Below are positions 1 through 13,981 of a stretch of DNA of 54,864 nt, one piece after another. The notes beneath the pieces are model-generated. The model had not been told where the DNA came from and ran no database searches. It saw only the letters and a program-made list of their open reading frames with translations. A program made the translations under genes and the position numbers. The stretch is from Chiloscyllium plagiosum (taxonomy: Eukaryota): positions 20,169,217 to 20,224,080 of the forward strand of contig NC_057720.1 of the NCBI RefSeq assembly GCF_004010195.1, written 5' to 3'. The stretch's first letter is position 1, and each line of letters opens with the position of its first letter.

Positions 1-1805
1 GCACAAAGCCATGTTGACTATCCCAAATCAGTCCTTGCCTTTCCAAATACATGTACATCCTGTCCCTAAGGATTCCCTCCAACAACTTGCCCACCACCAA
101 CATCAGGTTCACCGGTCTATAGTTCCCTGGCTTGTTTTTACCGCCCTTCTTAAACAGTGGCACCACGTTTGCCAACCTCCAGTCTTCCGGCACCTCACCT
201 GTGACTATCGATGATACAAATATCTCAGCAAAAGGCCCAGCAATCACTTCTCTCGCTTCCCACAGAGTTCTTGGGTACACCTGATCAGTTCCTAGGAATT
301 TATCCACTTTTAACCTTTTCAAAACATCCAACACTTGCTCCTCTGTAACCTGGACATTTTGCAAGATGTCACCATCTATTTCCCTACAGTCTACATCTTC
401 CATAGCTTCCCACAGAGTTCTTGGGTACACCTGATCAGTTCCTAGGAATTTATCCACTTTTAACCTTTTCAAAACATCCAACACTTGCTCCTCTGTAACC
501 TGGACATTTTGCAAGATGTCACCATCTATTTCCCTACAGTCTACATCTTCCATATCCTTTTCCACAGTCAGTACTGATGCAAAATATTCTTTTAGTATCT
601 CCCCCATTTTCCGTGGCTCCACACAAAGGCCGCCTTGCTGATCTTTGAGGGGCCCTATTCTCTCCCTAGTTACCCTTTTGTCCTTAATGTATTTGTAAAA
701 AAACCTTTTGGATTCTCCTGAATTCTATTTGCCAAAGCTATTTCATGTCCCCTTTTTGCTCTCCTGATTTCCCTCTTAAGTATATTCCTACTTCCTTTAT
801 ACTCTTCTAAGGATTCACTCGATCTATCCTGTCTATACCTGGCATATACTTTCTTCTTTTTCTTAACCAAACCCTCAATTACTGTAGTCATCCAGCATTC
901 CCTATACCTGCCAGCCTTCCCTTTCACCCTGACAGGAATATACTTTCTCTGGATTCTTGTTATCTCATTTCTGAAGGCTTTCCATTTTCCAGCCATCCCT
1001 TTACCTGCGAACATCTGCCTCCAATCAGCTTTTGAAAGTTCTTGCCTAATACCGTCAAAAGTGACCTTTCTCCAATTTAGAACTTCAACTTTTAGATCTG
1101 GTCTATCCTTTTCCATCACTATTTTAAAACGAATAGAATTATGGTTGCTGGCCCGAAAGTGCTTCCCCACTGACACCTTAATCACCTGCCCTGCCTTATT
1201 TCCCAAGAGTATGTTTAGCTTTGCACCTTCTCTAGTAGGTACGTCCACATACTGAATCAGAAAATTGTCTTGTACACACTTAAGAAATTCCTCTCCATCT
1301 AAACCTTTAACTCTATGGCAGTTCCAGTCTATGTTTGGAAAGTTAGAATCCCCTACCGTAACTATCCTATTATTCTTACAGATCTCCTTGCAAGTTTGTT
1401 TCTCAATTTCCCTCTGATTATTGGGGGTCTATAATACCATCCCAATAAGGTGATCATCCCTTTCTTATTTCTCAGTTCCACCCAAATAACTTCCCTGGAT
1501 GTATTTCTGGGAATATCTTCCCTCAGCACAGCTGTAATGCTATCCCTTATCAAAAATGTCACTCCCCCTCCTCTCTTGCCTCCCTTTCTATCCTTCCTGT
1601 AGCATTTGTATCCTGGAACATTAAGCTGCCAGTCCTGCCCATCCCTGAGCCATGTTTCCGTAATTGCTATGATATCCCAGTCCCATGTTCCTAACCATAC
1701 CCTGAGTTCATCTGCCTTCCCTGTTAGGCCCCTTGCATTGAAATAAATGCAGTTTAATTTATCAGTCCTACCTTGTTCTCTGCTTTGTCCCTGCCTGCCC
1801 TGACT
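1..1805 (-). mobile_element. CR1/HER1 LINE ORF2 fragment (APE endonuclease and tether), degraded
   Basis: ORFs with YFNARGL, IIAITETWL, RKDRKGGKRGGGV, YYRPP and ASNHNSIRF; frameshifts. Confidence 0.9.
255..554. repeat. Exact 150-bp tandem duplication
   Basis: 255-404 is identical to 405-554. Confidence 0.9.
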
Positions 1806-2548
1806 NNNNNNNNNNNNNNNNNNNNNNNNNNNNNNNNNNNNNNNNNNNNNNNNNNNNNNNNNNNNNNNNNNNNNNNNNNNNNNNNNNNNNNNNNNNNNNN
1901 NNNNNNNNNNNNNNNNNNNNNNNNNNNNNNNNNNNNNNNNNNNNNNNNNNNNNNNNNNNNNNNNNNNNNNNNNNNNNNNNNNNNNNNNNNNNNNNNNNNN
2001 NNNNNNNNNNNNNNNNNNNNNNNNNNNNNNNNNNNNNNNNNNNNNNNNNNNNNNNNNNNNNNNNNNNNNNNNNNNNNNNNNNNNNNNNNNNNNNNNNNNN
2101 NNNNNNNNNNNNNNNNNNNNNNNNNNNNNNNNNNNNNNNNNNNNNNNNNNNNNNNNNNNNNNNNNNNNNNNNNNNNNNNNNNNNNNNNNNNNNNNNNNNN
2201 NNNNNNNNNNNNNNNNNNNNNNNNNNNNNNNNNNNNNNNNNNNNNNNNNNNNNNNNNNNNNNNNNNNNNNNNNNNNNNNNNNNNNNNNNNNNNNNNNNNN
2301 NNNNNNNNNNNNNNNNNNNNNNNNNNNNNNNNNNNNNNNNNNNNNNNNNNNNNNNNNNNNNNNNNNNNNNNNNNNNNNNNNNNNNNNNNNNNNNNNNNNN
2401 NNNNNNNNNNNNNNNNNNNNNNNNNNNNNNNNNNNNNNNNNNNNNNNNNNNNNNNNNNNNNNNNNNNNNNNNNNNNNNNNNNNNNNNNNNNNNNNNNNNN
2501 NNNNNNNNNNNNNNNNNNNNNNNNNNNNNNNNNNNNNNNNNNNNNNNN

Positions 2549-3310
2549 TCCGACCCTCCCAGTCACTGCAGCCCATCCCTCTCTCCGAGCCTCTCAGTCA
2601 CTGCAGCCCGTCCCTCTCTCCGACCCTCCCAGTCACTGCAGCCCGTCCCTCTCTCCGACCCTCCCAGTCACTGCAGCCCGTCCCTCTCTCCGACCCTCCC
2701 AGTCACTGCAGCCCGTCCCTCTCTCCGACCCTCCCAGTCACTGCAGCCCGTCCCTCTCTCCGACCCTCCCAGTCACTGCAGCCCGTCCCTCTCTCCGACC
2801 CTCCCAGTCACTGCAGCCCGTCCCTCTCTCCGACCCTCCCAGTCACTGCAGCCCGTCCCTCTCCCCAACCCTCCCAGTCACTGCAACCCATCTGTCTCTC
2901 TCCGACCCGCCCAGTCACTGCAACCCAGCTGTCTCTCTCCGAGCCTCTCAGTCACTGCAGCCCGTCCCTCTCTCCGACCCTCCCAGTCACTGCAGCCCGT
3001 CCCTCTCTCCGACTCTCCCAGTCATTGCAGCCCATCCCTCTCTCTGACCCTCCCAGTCACTGCAGTCTGTCCCTCTCTCCGACCCTCCAAGTTGGTCACT
3101 GCCAACGTTCCCTCTCGCCGACTCTCCCTGTTACCCACTGCAGACCGTCCGTCTCGCAGACCCTCCCAGTCACTGCAGATCTTCCCTCTCACCAACCCCA
3201 CTAGTCACTGCAGACCTTCCCTCTACCGACCCTGATAGTTAATCATGGTAGATCTTCCTTCTTATGGACCCTCCTGCAGACCTCCCCTCTTATTGACCCT
3301 CTTAGAACTG
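2549..3310. repeat. 35-bp minisatellite (CCGACCCTCCCAGTCACTGCAGCCCGTCCCTCTCT), about 20 copies, decaying rightward
   Basis: Period of 35 visible directly; array abuts an N gap. Confidence 0.95.
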
Positions 3311-3559
3311 CAGGCCTTAGCAATGTAAAGTCTCTCGACTGTAAATGTTTTAATGTTTTCTGATGAAGAAGGCCCCACAGAACTACACATTCATCTTTGA
3401 ATTTAATGTGAAATCTAATTTGCTTAACATTTTTTAAAATTGCACTTCTTTGGAACAAATACAGCTTAGTGAGGACACCCTATACTTTCACGTTATTTTG
3501 TAAAAGAAAATGCAGGAACCACACCCCATGTCTCAAGTTACACGGTTTTCACTACACCA

Positions 3560-4160
3560 TAAGATGATAAGATGTAGGGCAAAAGTAAGCCAGTCAGCCC
3601 AGTGACTCTGCTCCGCCAATCATTGCAATCAAGGCTGATCTGATAATCCTCAACTCCACTTTCCTGCCATTTCTCCATAACTCAGTAAAAATCAGTCTAA
3701 GTCTTGAATATATAGCCACCCAATCTCTACCATCCTCTACTGTAAAGAATTCCACAGATTCACTATCCTCTGAGAGAAGAAATTCCGCATTGTCTTAAAT
3801 GGGCAGCCCCTTAGTATGAGATTATACCCTCTGGCCCTAGACTCAACCACAATGGGGAATAACTTCTGCGTCTATTCTGTTAAGGTTGGCTCTCATTCCT
3901 TTAAATGGCAGTAAGTATATTCCTGATGAAGGACTTTTGCCCGAAACATCGATTTTCCTGCTCCTCGGATGCTGCCTAAACTGCTGTGCTTTTCCAGCAT
4001 CACTCTAATCCAGAATCTGGTTTCCAGCATCTGCAGTCATTGTTTTTGCCTAGTAAGTATAGCCCAAACATACTCAACCTCTCCTTATAAAACAGACTCT
4101 CCCATATCTGGGATCAACATTGTGAATCTTTTGTGGACTGCCTCCAGTGCCAGTATAGTG
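3560..4160 (-). mobile_element. CR1 LINE 3' end interrupted by a short Penelope-derived insertion (3920-4051, TSD AGTAAGTATA)
   Basis: CR1 3'-type sequence; TSD at 3910-3919 and 4052-4061. Confidence 0.75.
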
Positions 4161-5084
4161 ACAAGTGTCTTGTATAGATTATGGCAAGATTTCTATATTT
4201 TTATTAGTAGACAAACAGGAGGCTGGAAGAACACAGCAAGCCAGGCAGCATCAGGAGGTAGAGAAGTCAACGTTTCAGGTATTAACCCTTCTTCAGGACT
4301 AGATGAAGGGGTAGGGAAAGCTACAGATACACTTATACTCCATTTCCTTTGGAAAAGACCTTCTATTTTCCCTTTCAATATGCTCACATTAGGTTTACTC
4401 TATGTAGGAGAGACCTAGCGCAGATTGGATAGCCACTTTTTCTTGCAGTCCACAAACACAATCTGGAGCTCCAGTCATGTGTTATTTTAATGCTTCATCT
4501 CGCTGACCTCTTTGCTGGGACTCCTACATTGTTCTACTGAAGCTTAACATAATGATGAGCAGCACCTCATCCTTGAGGCATCTTACAATTTTCCAAACTC
4601 AACATTGAGTTTCAGATAAACCACTGGTTGTATTTTGTTCCCTTTGCTTCAATGGTTTTGGTTTATGCTTTTTTTTTGGTTTTTGTTTTTGGTTGGCTAC
4701 TGTTTATTATTCTCTCCTCTAGCTGCTTCTTTTGTTTCTTTGCTGTCAAATTGTCACTCCATTTGGCTTGCTGTTTTGTCACCTCTTGTCATTTAATTTC
4801 TCCTGTCATTTACCCTATTATATACCTTCCAATTGTTTCCCAGGCCCAACCCAAGTTTACTTGCTTCAAATTTATTTGTTTCATCTATGTAAAAGGCACC
4901 TCCACAAAGTGATCTTTGAACTATGAATTTGTTTGTATGTAACCCACTTTTAATTGAGTCATTTTAATTTTGAAATTACCCAGCTGAAAAGGTAAAAGGT
5001 TTGTTTACTACAATTGAATTCTTAGCAACGTAAGTAAAACTCATGAAGTTACAAACTAAATATTTTTATTTGTTTATCAGTGTC

Positions 5085-5570
5085 ATTAGCTGGGCAGTGT
5101 GGACATGAGTGTCGTTGGCTGGACAGCATTTACTGCCCATCTCTAGTTGGGAAAGTGGTGATAAGCTGCCTTCTTGAACCATTGCGGTCCATGGAGGTGG
5201 ACCCACAGTGCCCTTAGGCAGGAATCAAAGATTTTGACCCAGTGACAGTGAAGGAATGGTGATCTGTTTCCAAGTCAGGATGGTGAGTGGTTTGGAGAGG
5301 AACTTGCAAGTGGTGGTATTTCTGTATATCTGCTTCCCTTGCCCTTCTAGAGGGGAGAGACTACTTTAGGATCTCTGGTAAATTTCTGCAGTGCATCTTG
5401 TAGATAGTACACACCGATGCTGCTGAGCATTGGTGGTGGATGTTTGTGGATGTGGTTTTAATCAAGTGGGCTGCTTGTTCCTGGATGATGTCAAGCTTCT
5501 TGAGTACTGTTGGAGCTGCACCCATCCAGGCAAATGGGGAATATTCCATCACAATCCTGACCTTGCCAGA
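5085..5570 (-). mobile_element. L2/CR1-clade LINE 3' fragment
   Basis: MEYSPFAWMGAAPTVLKKLDIIQEQAAHLI peptide; same family as 28354-29870. Confidence 0.75.
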
Positions 5571-5689
5571 CTCTGGCAGTGCTTAGATCGTCTCTTTTTG
5601 GAGATGGTGGTGTTACTTGACAGAATATTACATACAAGGATAAATGCTGATAAGGATAAAAGATATTTACAAATGTGAAACAGTAGCCA

Positions 5690-8600
5690 GTGAACAGTAC
5701 AAAATGTGATGTAACAACCGTGTTTAAGAAGGGAAAATATAAGCCGGTTAGCCTAACCTCGATAATTGATGAGATTTTAGAGTCCACATTTAAGTATGAG
5801 ATTGCGGAGTCCTTGGATAAATAGAACTAAGTCAGCACAGCTTTGTCAAAGGAAGGTTATTCCTGACAAACCTGTTAGAACTTTTTGAGGAGGTAATGAA
5901 CACTATAGACAAAGGAAAGCAAATGGACTTGATCTAATTCAATCTGCAGAAGGTCTTTGACAAGGTGCTATACAGAAGGCTGCTAAATAAGAGCACATGG
6001 TTTTAGGAGTGAGGTACTGGTATGGACAGAGAATTTGGCTGCCTGGCAGAATGTACAATGTGGGGATAAAGGGATTTTTTCAGCATGGCAGTCAGTGACG
6101 AGTGGAGTACTGCAGAGGTCTGCAATGGGACCATAACTATTCGCGTTATAAGTTTATGATCTGGACAAAGGAATTGAGGGCATTGCTGCTAAGTTTGCAG
6201 ATGACACAAAGATAGGTGGAGGGACAAGTAGTGTCGGGGCAGTGGGTAAGGCCTATAAGGACTTGGACGAGCTTGGAGAGTGGGCAGAGAAATGGCAGAT
6301 GGAGTACAATGTGGAAAAGTGCGAGGTTCTGCACTCTGGTAGGCAGAATAGAACCATGTACTATTTTCTAAATGGGGAAAGGCTTTGAAAATCTGAAGCA
6401 TAAGGGAACTTGGAGGGTCCTAGTTAGGATTCTCTTAATGCTAACGTGCAGGTTCAGTTTGTTGTTTTGAAAGGACTAGAATACAATACCAGTGGTGTAC
6501 TGCTGAGGTGGTATAAGGATCTGGTCAGACCCCATGTGAAATATTTTGTGCAGTTTTGGGCCCCGTATCTAAGGAAGGATCTGATGGCATTAGAGGAGGT
6601 TGAAAGGAGGTTTGCAAGAATAATCCCAGGAATGAAAGGCTTGTCATATGAGGAGCGATTGAGGACTCTAATGTTAATAGAACATTACAGGGCAATAAAG
6701 CCCTTCAGCCCTTGATGTTGCACCGACCTGTGGAACCAATCTGAAGCCCATCTAACCTACACTATTCCACTCTTATCCATATGTTTACCCAATAACTATT
6801 TAAATGCACTAAAAGTTGGTGAGCCTATTACTGTTATATGCATGGCATTCCACGCCCCTACTACTCTGAGTAAAGAAACTACCTCTGATGTCTGTTCTAT
6901 ATCTATTACCCCTTAATTTAAAGCTATGTCTCCTCATGTTAGCCATTACCATCCGAGGAAAAAGACTCCCCCACTGTCCACCCAATCTAACCCTCTGATT
7001 ATCTTATATGTCTCAATTAAGTTACCTCTCAACCTTGTTCTCTCTTATGAAGACAGCCTCAAGTCCCTCAACCTTTCCTCTAAGACCTTCCCTCCATACC
7101 AGGCATCATCCTAGTAAATCACCTCTGATCCCTTTCCAAAACTTCCAAATCCTTCCTATAATGCGGTGACTGGAACTGTACGTAATACTCCAAGTGCGGC
7201 AGATGACACACAGATTAATGGAGTGCTGGATAGTGTGGAGGGCTGTTATAGGTTACAACGGGACATTGACAGGATGCAGAACTAGGCTGATAAGTGGCAG
7301 ATGGAGTTCAAAAGTGTGAAGTCATTCACTTTGGAAGGTTGAATTTGAATACAGAATATAGGGTTTGACGGCAGGATTCTTGGCCGTGTGGAGGAACAGA
7401 GGGATCTTGGGTCCATGTCCATAGATCCCTCAAAGTTGCTACTCAAGTTGGTAGGGTTATTAAGAAGGCATATGGTATGTTGGCCTTCATTAGCAGAGGG
7501 AATTGAGCTTAAGAGCCATGAGGTTATGCCCCATCGCTGTAGAGCCCTGGTTAGACTACACTTGGAATATTGTGTTCAGTTCTGGTTGCCTCATTATAGG
7601 AAAGATGAGGAAGTTTTAGCGGGGGTGCAGAGGAGATTTACCAGGATCCTGCCTGGACTGGAGGGCAAGTTTTATGAAAAACGTTTGAGAGAGCAAGTGC
7701 TTTTCTCATTGGAGTGAAGGGGGGTGAGAGGTGACTTGATAAAGGTGTATAAGATAATGAGAGGCATTGATAGAGTGAATTGTCAGAAATGTTTTCTCAG
7801 GGTGGAAATGGCTACCACAAGGTTTATATAATTTTAAGGTGATTGTAGGAAGGTTTAAGGGTGATGTCAGAGGTTGGTTCTTTGCATAGAAAGTGGTGGG
7901 TGCATGGAATGCACTGCCAGCGGTGTTGATAGAGTCACATACATTAAGGACATTTAAGCGACTCTTGGATAGGCACATGAATGGTGGTAAAGTGAAGGGT
8001 ACATAGGTTAGTCTGATCTTAGAATAGGATACAAGGTCAGCACAACATCAAGGGCCGAAGGGCCTGTACTGTGCTGTTACTGATCTATGTTCTTAGTCTG
8101 CATTTTTCTAAATGTGAGTAAACCCTGTCTTTAAGAATCTTCTCCAGTAATTTCCCTGATTATCCCTGTTGGCCTTCTTAAATAAAGGATCAACATTGGC
8201 TATTTTCCAATCATCTAGATCCTCTCCTGTGACTAAAGAGGATACATAGATTTTGTACCAGTCTCCAACAATTACCTCACGTGCCTCCCTTAGCATTCTG
8301 CAATAGATCCCATCAGGTCCTGGGGACCTGTCCAGGTTAATGCTTTTCAAAACTCCTAATAGTTTTTCTTTTAAATACTGACAAGCTCTAGAGTATCAAC
8401 ATACCCCTCCCAGGACTCACCGCAATTACTATGTCCTCCTCCTTTGTGAATCTGATGAAAAACATTCATTATGGACCTCCCCCGCTTCTTCTGGCACCAC
8501 ATGTAAATTCCCTCCTTTGTTTTTGAATGGACCTACCTTTTCCCTACTTACCATTTGCTCCTTATATATGTATAAAATGCCATGGGATTTTCCTTAATCC

Positions 8601-9900
8601 TGTTTGTTAAATATATTTTAGGGCCCCTTTTAGCCCACCTAATTCTTTGTTTGAGTTCTTTCCAGCTATTCTTTTGAGGACTCTGTCTGTTTTCTGTTTC
8701 CTAAACCTTACATATGTCTCCTTTTTTGACTTGATGAAGCTCTGTTTTTCTTGTCATCTCAGATTTCCCGAATCTTGCCATCCTTATTTTTCATTAGCAC
8801 AGCAACATGCTCATCCTGAACTCTAATCAACTGGCTTTTAAAAGATTTCTACATGCCAGATGTGGAATTACCCTCAAACAGGCACCCCCAACCTACAGTC
8901 CCCAGTTCTAATAATACAGTAGATACCCTTCCCCCCCCAATTTAATACTTCCACTACTTGTGTTCTTATCCTTAAATATCTTAAAATGATTAGAGTTATG
9001 GTTACTGTTCCTGAAATGTTCCCCTACTGAAAATTCAATCATCTCACTGGGCTCGTTCCCCAATCCAGGTCTAGTATGGCTCCCTCTCACGTTGGACTAC
9101 ATACATATTGTTTCAAAAAGCCATTCTGCTATGTCTAACAAATTTACCCTCCATCCAAGCCCCTGGCACTAAATGAGTCCCAGTCAATACTAGGCATGTT
9201 AAAATAACCCACCATAACAACCTAATTGATTTAAGCTTTTCTATAATCTGTCCACATATCTCTTCCTTTATTACCTACTGGCTGTTGGGAGGCATATAAT
9301 CCAGTCCCATCAAAGTGACTCACCCTTCATATTCCTGAGCTGTACTCGCCTCACATTGCTGGATGAACCCTACAAGGTGTCTCACAGAGTACAGCTGTAA
9401 TATTCTCCCTTATCAGCAACGCAACTCCCCCATCTCTGTTACATCACTCTCTATCTCACCTGGCCATCTAAATACCCCGTTAAGCTATCTTGTCCCTCTC
9501 TCTACCAGTATCTGTTACAGCTACAACATCACAGTTATATGTATTAATCTAAACCCCCTATGTCATCTGCCTTACCTGTCATACTCCTCACATTAGAACA
9601 AATACACTTAAGACTGCCAGCTCTGCCACATTGAATAACCTCTCCCAAGCTGTTCTTCCATTAAGCCTTATTCGCCTGAGTCTTTGATGACTCCTCAGTC
9701 ATTTTACTTGCTGACTTAATGCACTGGTTCCCACTACCCCCCACCACCACACTAGTTTAAATCCTTCCAAATGACACTAGCAAACTTCTTTGCCACGTTT
9801 GCCATATATTTGCAATCTTCCTATTGCTAACTTCATTGGCATGTGGTGCAGGAAGTAACCTGATATTGCAACCCTTGAGGTCAAAACCTCTGGCTGCTCA
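5690..9900. mobile_element. Cluster of CR1 LINE fragments (RT +, 3' end -, 3' end +, EN/tether -)
   Basis: KFADDTK, LVRPHVKYFVQFWAP, LVRLHLEYCVQFW and SPGPDGIY peptides with stops and frameshifts. Confidence 0.85.
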
Positions 9901-9949
9901 CTCTGTCCATTCACAATATCCTATGTCTGCTCAGAGACTTCCTTGATCC

Positions 9950-10430
9950 TGAAAAGCGTGACACTGGAAAAGCACAGCAGGTCAGGCAGCATCTGAGGCG
10001 CAGGAGAGTTGATGTTTCTAGCATAAGCGCTTCATTAGGAATGTGAGGGTTGAGGAGATGAGCTTAGAGATAAATCGGGGGTTAAAGGTAGGGGGGAAGG
10101 TAGGTGGGTGATAGTGATAGGTTGGAGGGGAGGGTGGAGTGGATAGGTGGGAAGGAAATGGACAGGTAGGACAGTTCAAGAGGGCAATGCTGAGTTGGAG
10201 GGTTGAATCTAGCATGATGTTGGGGGAGGGGAGATGAGGAAAGTGATGAAGTCAACGTTGATACTGTGTGATTGAATGGTCCCAAGGCGGAAAATAAGGC
10301 ACTCTTCCTCCAGTCATAGGATGGCTTTGATTTGGTGGTGGAGGAGGTCTCGGACTTCCATCTACTGCAATGGGTACAGTAGATGAGGTGTTTGGATGTG
10401 CAGGAAAATCTCTGCCAGATGTGCCAACTA
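9950..10430 (-). mobile_element. Penelope-like element 3' fragment with degenerate hammerhead
   Basis: Same terminal repeat family as 34720-35125 and 46120-46339. Confidence 0.7.
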
Positions 10431-10870
10431 AATAGATTAGAACTCTACTCAGTGGAATTTAAAAGAATGAGAGGTGATCTCATTGAAACATATATGATTC
10501 TTAAAGGTCTTGACAGCATAAATGCTGAGAGGATGTTTCTCCTCATGGGGAAGTCTGGGACTAGAGGACATAATCTCAAACTGGTTGCCCTTTATTCTGA
10601 GACTGAGATGTGGAGAATTTTCTTATGAGGATTGAGAATTCTCGTAGCTCCTTGCCAGAGAGAGCTAAGGGGACACAGTCTTTGTGTATACTTTTGGAAG
10701 GACATAGATTCTTGATCAATAGGGGAATTGATGGCTATGGGAAGAAGGAAGGAAAGTGAATGTTTGAGAGTCGGGTCAGCCCAGCCGTGATCCAATTGAA
10801 TGATGGAGCAGGCTCGAGGACCTGAACCCCTTACACCTGTTTCTATTTCTTACCTTCCAATGGTCTTGTA
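10430..10870 (+). mobile_element. CR1 LINE 3' end
   Basis: LYSVEFKRMRGDLIETYMILKG peptide. Confidence 0.8.
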
Positions 10871-12054
10871 TTCAGTTCAGCCATTCAGTGAAGGTTCATA
10901 GCTTGCAGTGGAAATATTGGTTGCCCAATATTGCTCAAAGTTGAAGAGTCGGGTTCAGCTATTGCAATGGAGTTTGCCTTTCGAGGTGGACTCAGTAAGT
11001 TGAGTAGCTTACGGGAATGGGTGTAGGTCCCTTTTCCTTACTCCTTGCCTCTGTGACACTTGAAGACTATCTCATTTGAGCAGAACCAGGATGATTTCTA
11101 GAAACCCCTCTCTGCAACTGAGTGTCTGAGTGAAAATCTAACTCTTCATTCAATTCACAGTTGGTTTGGCTGAGAGCTCTTGCCTGGACTTGTGCTCTGA
11201 TCCTCTCCTGAGGTATCTGCACAGAAAATAGCTATCATCAACCATACTGTATATGGTTCAAAACTCAAAATACTGGTATGCAATTCCAATATGTCAATGT
11301 TCCTCAGGAAAAGGTGAGGAAGTTAATTATCGCTGGAATCCCTTTTGAGATATCTTGCTAAAACCTTGCCGTTATCACTAAAGCTATAATTTTTCACACT
11401 TTTTAAATATTAAATCGGATGTTCTTTGAAGCTATTTTTGATCCTTCTTGAGATATGTGCAGTGTGTTTCCTCCAACAAGTTGATGACTCCTGAATCCAC
11501 AAGAGAAGTTGAATGACTTTTGACAGCCTTTTCGATTAAGGCTCTGCATCTACATAAAGAAAGACTGGCTTTTTAACACAACCTTTCAGTATCATCACCA
11601 CCCAATTCATAACGTATTACTTTACGAACATTTTTCCATTCTGGTAAAGGTTGTCAACCTGAAACATTAACTTTATTTCTCATTTCACAGGTGTTGCCTA
11701 ACCCGCTGAGTATTTTCAACACTTTCTGTCTTTAGCAAAGTTTAATCAAAGTTCAAGCTCATTATTATGATTAAGTCAGTGTTGATTTCAACTTCTCAGC
11801 TCTCCTAACTTTGAAGGGCCATTGTGTTCATTTAACACAGAACCTGGGATATTCTACTTGTTTGTCCAGAGGTTGTCTAAACTGAATATGTCTGGATGTT
11901 AGCTGCCTACTGGGCAATTAGGGATGGTCAATAAATGCTGGACTAGCCAGATACGTCTATATCCTGAATGAATTAAAAACGCAGTATTTCATCATTTTTC
12001 TTCAGTTTTCTGAAAGTCAACAATGATATTGATTTATATAATGCACTCCATGTT

Positions 12055-12388
12055 GGGCAGCACAGTGATTTAGTGGTTAGCACTGCTGCCTCACAGCACC
12101 AAGGACCTGGATTCAATTCCAGCCTCCGGCGACTGTCTGTGTGGAGTTTGCACATTCTCCCAGTGTCGCTGGGTGCTAAAGTCTCCCCCCACAGTCCAAA
12201 GATGTGCAGGTTAGATGGATTGGCTGTGCTAAACTGTCATATAGTGTCCAGGGATGTGCAGGATTAAACATGCAAAACGCTGGGTTATGTGGATAGGGAA
12301 GGGGGCAGGTCTGGGTGGGTGCCCTAAGGAGGGGACAGTGTGGACTCATTGGCCAAGTGGCCTGCTTCCTCACTGTAGGGATTCTATA
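12055..12388 (+). mobile_element. HE1-type V-SINE
   Basis: tRNA-like head (A box TAGTGGTTAG, B box GGATTCAATTCC), V-domain tgtgtggagtttgcacattctccc, HER1-like tail. Confidence 0.88.
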
Positions 12389-13372
12389 TCCCTGGCAATT
12401 GTTTTTTTATCTGGACTGTTTACATTTGAAAGTCAGTTTTGGCAAGGAGCTGGCATGCTTATGATTTGCAGATGAGTTTCTGATCTAAGCTCAGGCCATT
12501 CAGAAAAATTGTCGAAATGAGGGAGTCTTCCCTTAGTATAAGTGAAGAAGCTGACTTATGCTGTTTTCATTTACCTTCTGGGGCTAATTCCAAGATGAAG
12601 GAGGATATATTTTTACCTTAGTCATTATGTAATGAAAGCACATATAAAAAAAAAAGCAGGAAGAAAACTGAGGTGGAGAAAATAATTTTGAGCGTAAGTG
12701 TTTTGTCATTTGATTTTGTATTTGAAGCAATGAAAATCCAGAATTATAACAGGCTTGATGTATTATAGTTTTAAAAAGTTTAAAACTTCACTTATTTGTT
12801 CCTTTTTCAAAATTTACCCTGTCATAAATATGAGTTTGACTTTGCAGTGTTAAACTCTATTTGAAACAAGTAACAATAGTCTTTGACTTTTTCAATAATT
12901 AGAATCCCCTCAGTTTGATTTCTGTATTTTGAACAGCAGGTCTAAATAAAGGTACATTGGACCTTCTGGTTTATAAAGATTATAACATTGCTCAAATGAG
13001 CAAAGCCTTTGTTTGAAACTGCTAAATTCATTTTATGCTTCAAAATACAACTTTAGATTGTATAAAGAATATTTAAAGAACTTATGTTTTTACTACCCTT
13101 ACTCCAAGTATGAGTTGATATGTACCTTTACAGATTGAACATGCTGTTAATTTCAAAACTAAGTAATAATGATGCTAGAATGGGTTGTCTTATGAAAGGC
13201 CATATCATGTTACAGTAATAGTGGATATTTGTGTGCATGATTATGAAGTATCATAGGTCACCAGCACCAACTCCAAATTGCTTATTCATACTGGTATTAA
13301 AGGTAATTTTGGTTCATTTGATTTTTTTTTACACTGAGATGATTTATTATATAATCTTTCTTTCTTTCCCAG

Positions 13373-13450
13373 TACTACCTGCACATGGATGGCAGAGGCA
13401 ATTATGAATTTAAGCCAATTACTGCAGACACAGTGGAATTTGGTTCTTAA
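13373..13450 (+). CDS. ABCD3: ABCD3 (PMP70, peroxisomal ABC transporter), last coding exon
   Basis: Strong acceptor ctttctttctttcccAG (AG 13371-13372), then YYLHMDGRGNYEFKPITADTVEFGS-TAA. This is near-identical to the recalled human ABCD3 C-terminus YYLHMDGRGNYEFKQITEDTVEFGS. Upstream exons were not found in the window. Confidence 0.93.
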   Translation, partial: YYLHMDGRGNYEFKPITADTVEFGS

Positions 13451-13860
13451 ACTCCATCTGCCAATTTGATTATGGCAGGAGCGGACTGAATTGCAGAATA
13501 AATCTGTTCAATATGCATTCTCTTGTGCACTAACTTAGTGCTTCAACTTGTAATTAATGTCAGTTTTAAAAAGTGTTGTAAAAACTGAATGATTACACTA
13601 TTAATTTGTAGTCTTGTTGAGAGTTGTATATTTGGAAATATTAATATGGAGACTCACATCTATTAAAATCCATCTAGGAAATGTTTGAATTAATATCTTT
13701 AATTAAGATAAATTAAAATGTTTTATGTACAGTACAAATGAAGTAATCTAGGAATGCACTACTTAATGGCATGTTCATGATATGCAATAATTTGATATCT
13801 ACAAGTCATTTCCTAATGTTTTACAGAAAAAAATAAACTGAAAACTTAATGTGTTCTTGC
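13451..13860 (+). other. ABCD3: Probable ABCD3 3' UTR with candidate poly(A) signals
   Basis: AT-rich unique sequence after the stop; AATAAA at 13497-13502 and 13832-13837. True 3' end unknown. Confidence 0.55.
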
Positions 13861-13981
13861 TGTATGACTAATTAATTGCCTTTGTGGTCAACAAAGTGTA
13901 ATATTTAAGTTGGATCTCTAAATATGAAGACAGTTCATTTATTTGGAATAGCATCCATGAAAGAGCTGCACATAAGTTATA

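Noticed and set aside
2549..3310. CRISPR-like array or Pro/Ser-rich protein ORF (1773-3047)
   Set aside because: Head-to-tail 35-bp repeats with no unique spacers and no cas genes, in eukaryotic context; the ORF is an artefact of the repeat and the N gap.
4628..4912. Hydrophobic 94-aa ORF resembling a membrane protein
   Set aside because: T-rich low-complexity tail of a decayed repeat; no splice or homology support.
12055..12130. tRNA genes at SINE heads (also 30513 and 50254)
   Set aside because: The A/B boxes continue into SINE body and LINE-derived tails; no complete cloverleaf.
1..13370. Penultimate ABCD3 exon (VGITLFTVSHRKSLWKHHE-like)
   Set aside because: Not found by eye; presumably upstream of the window or in the gap.
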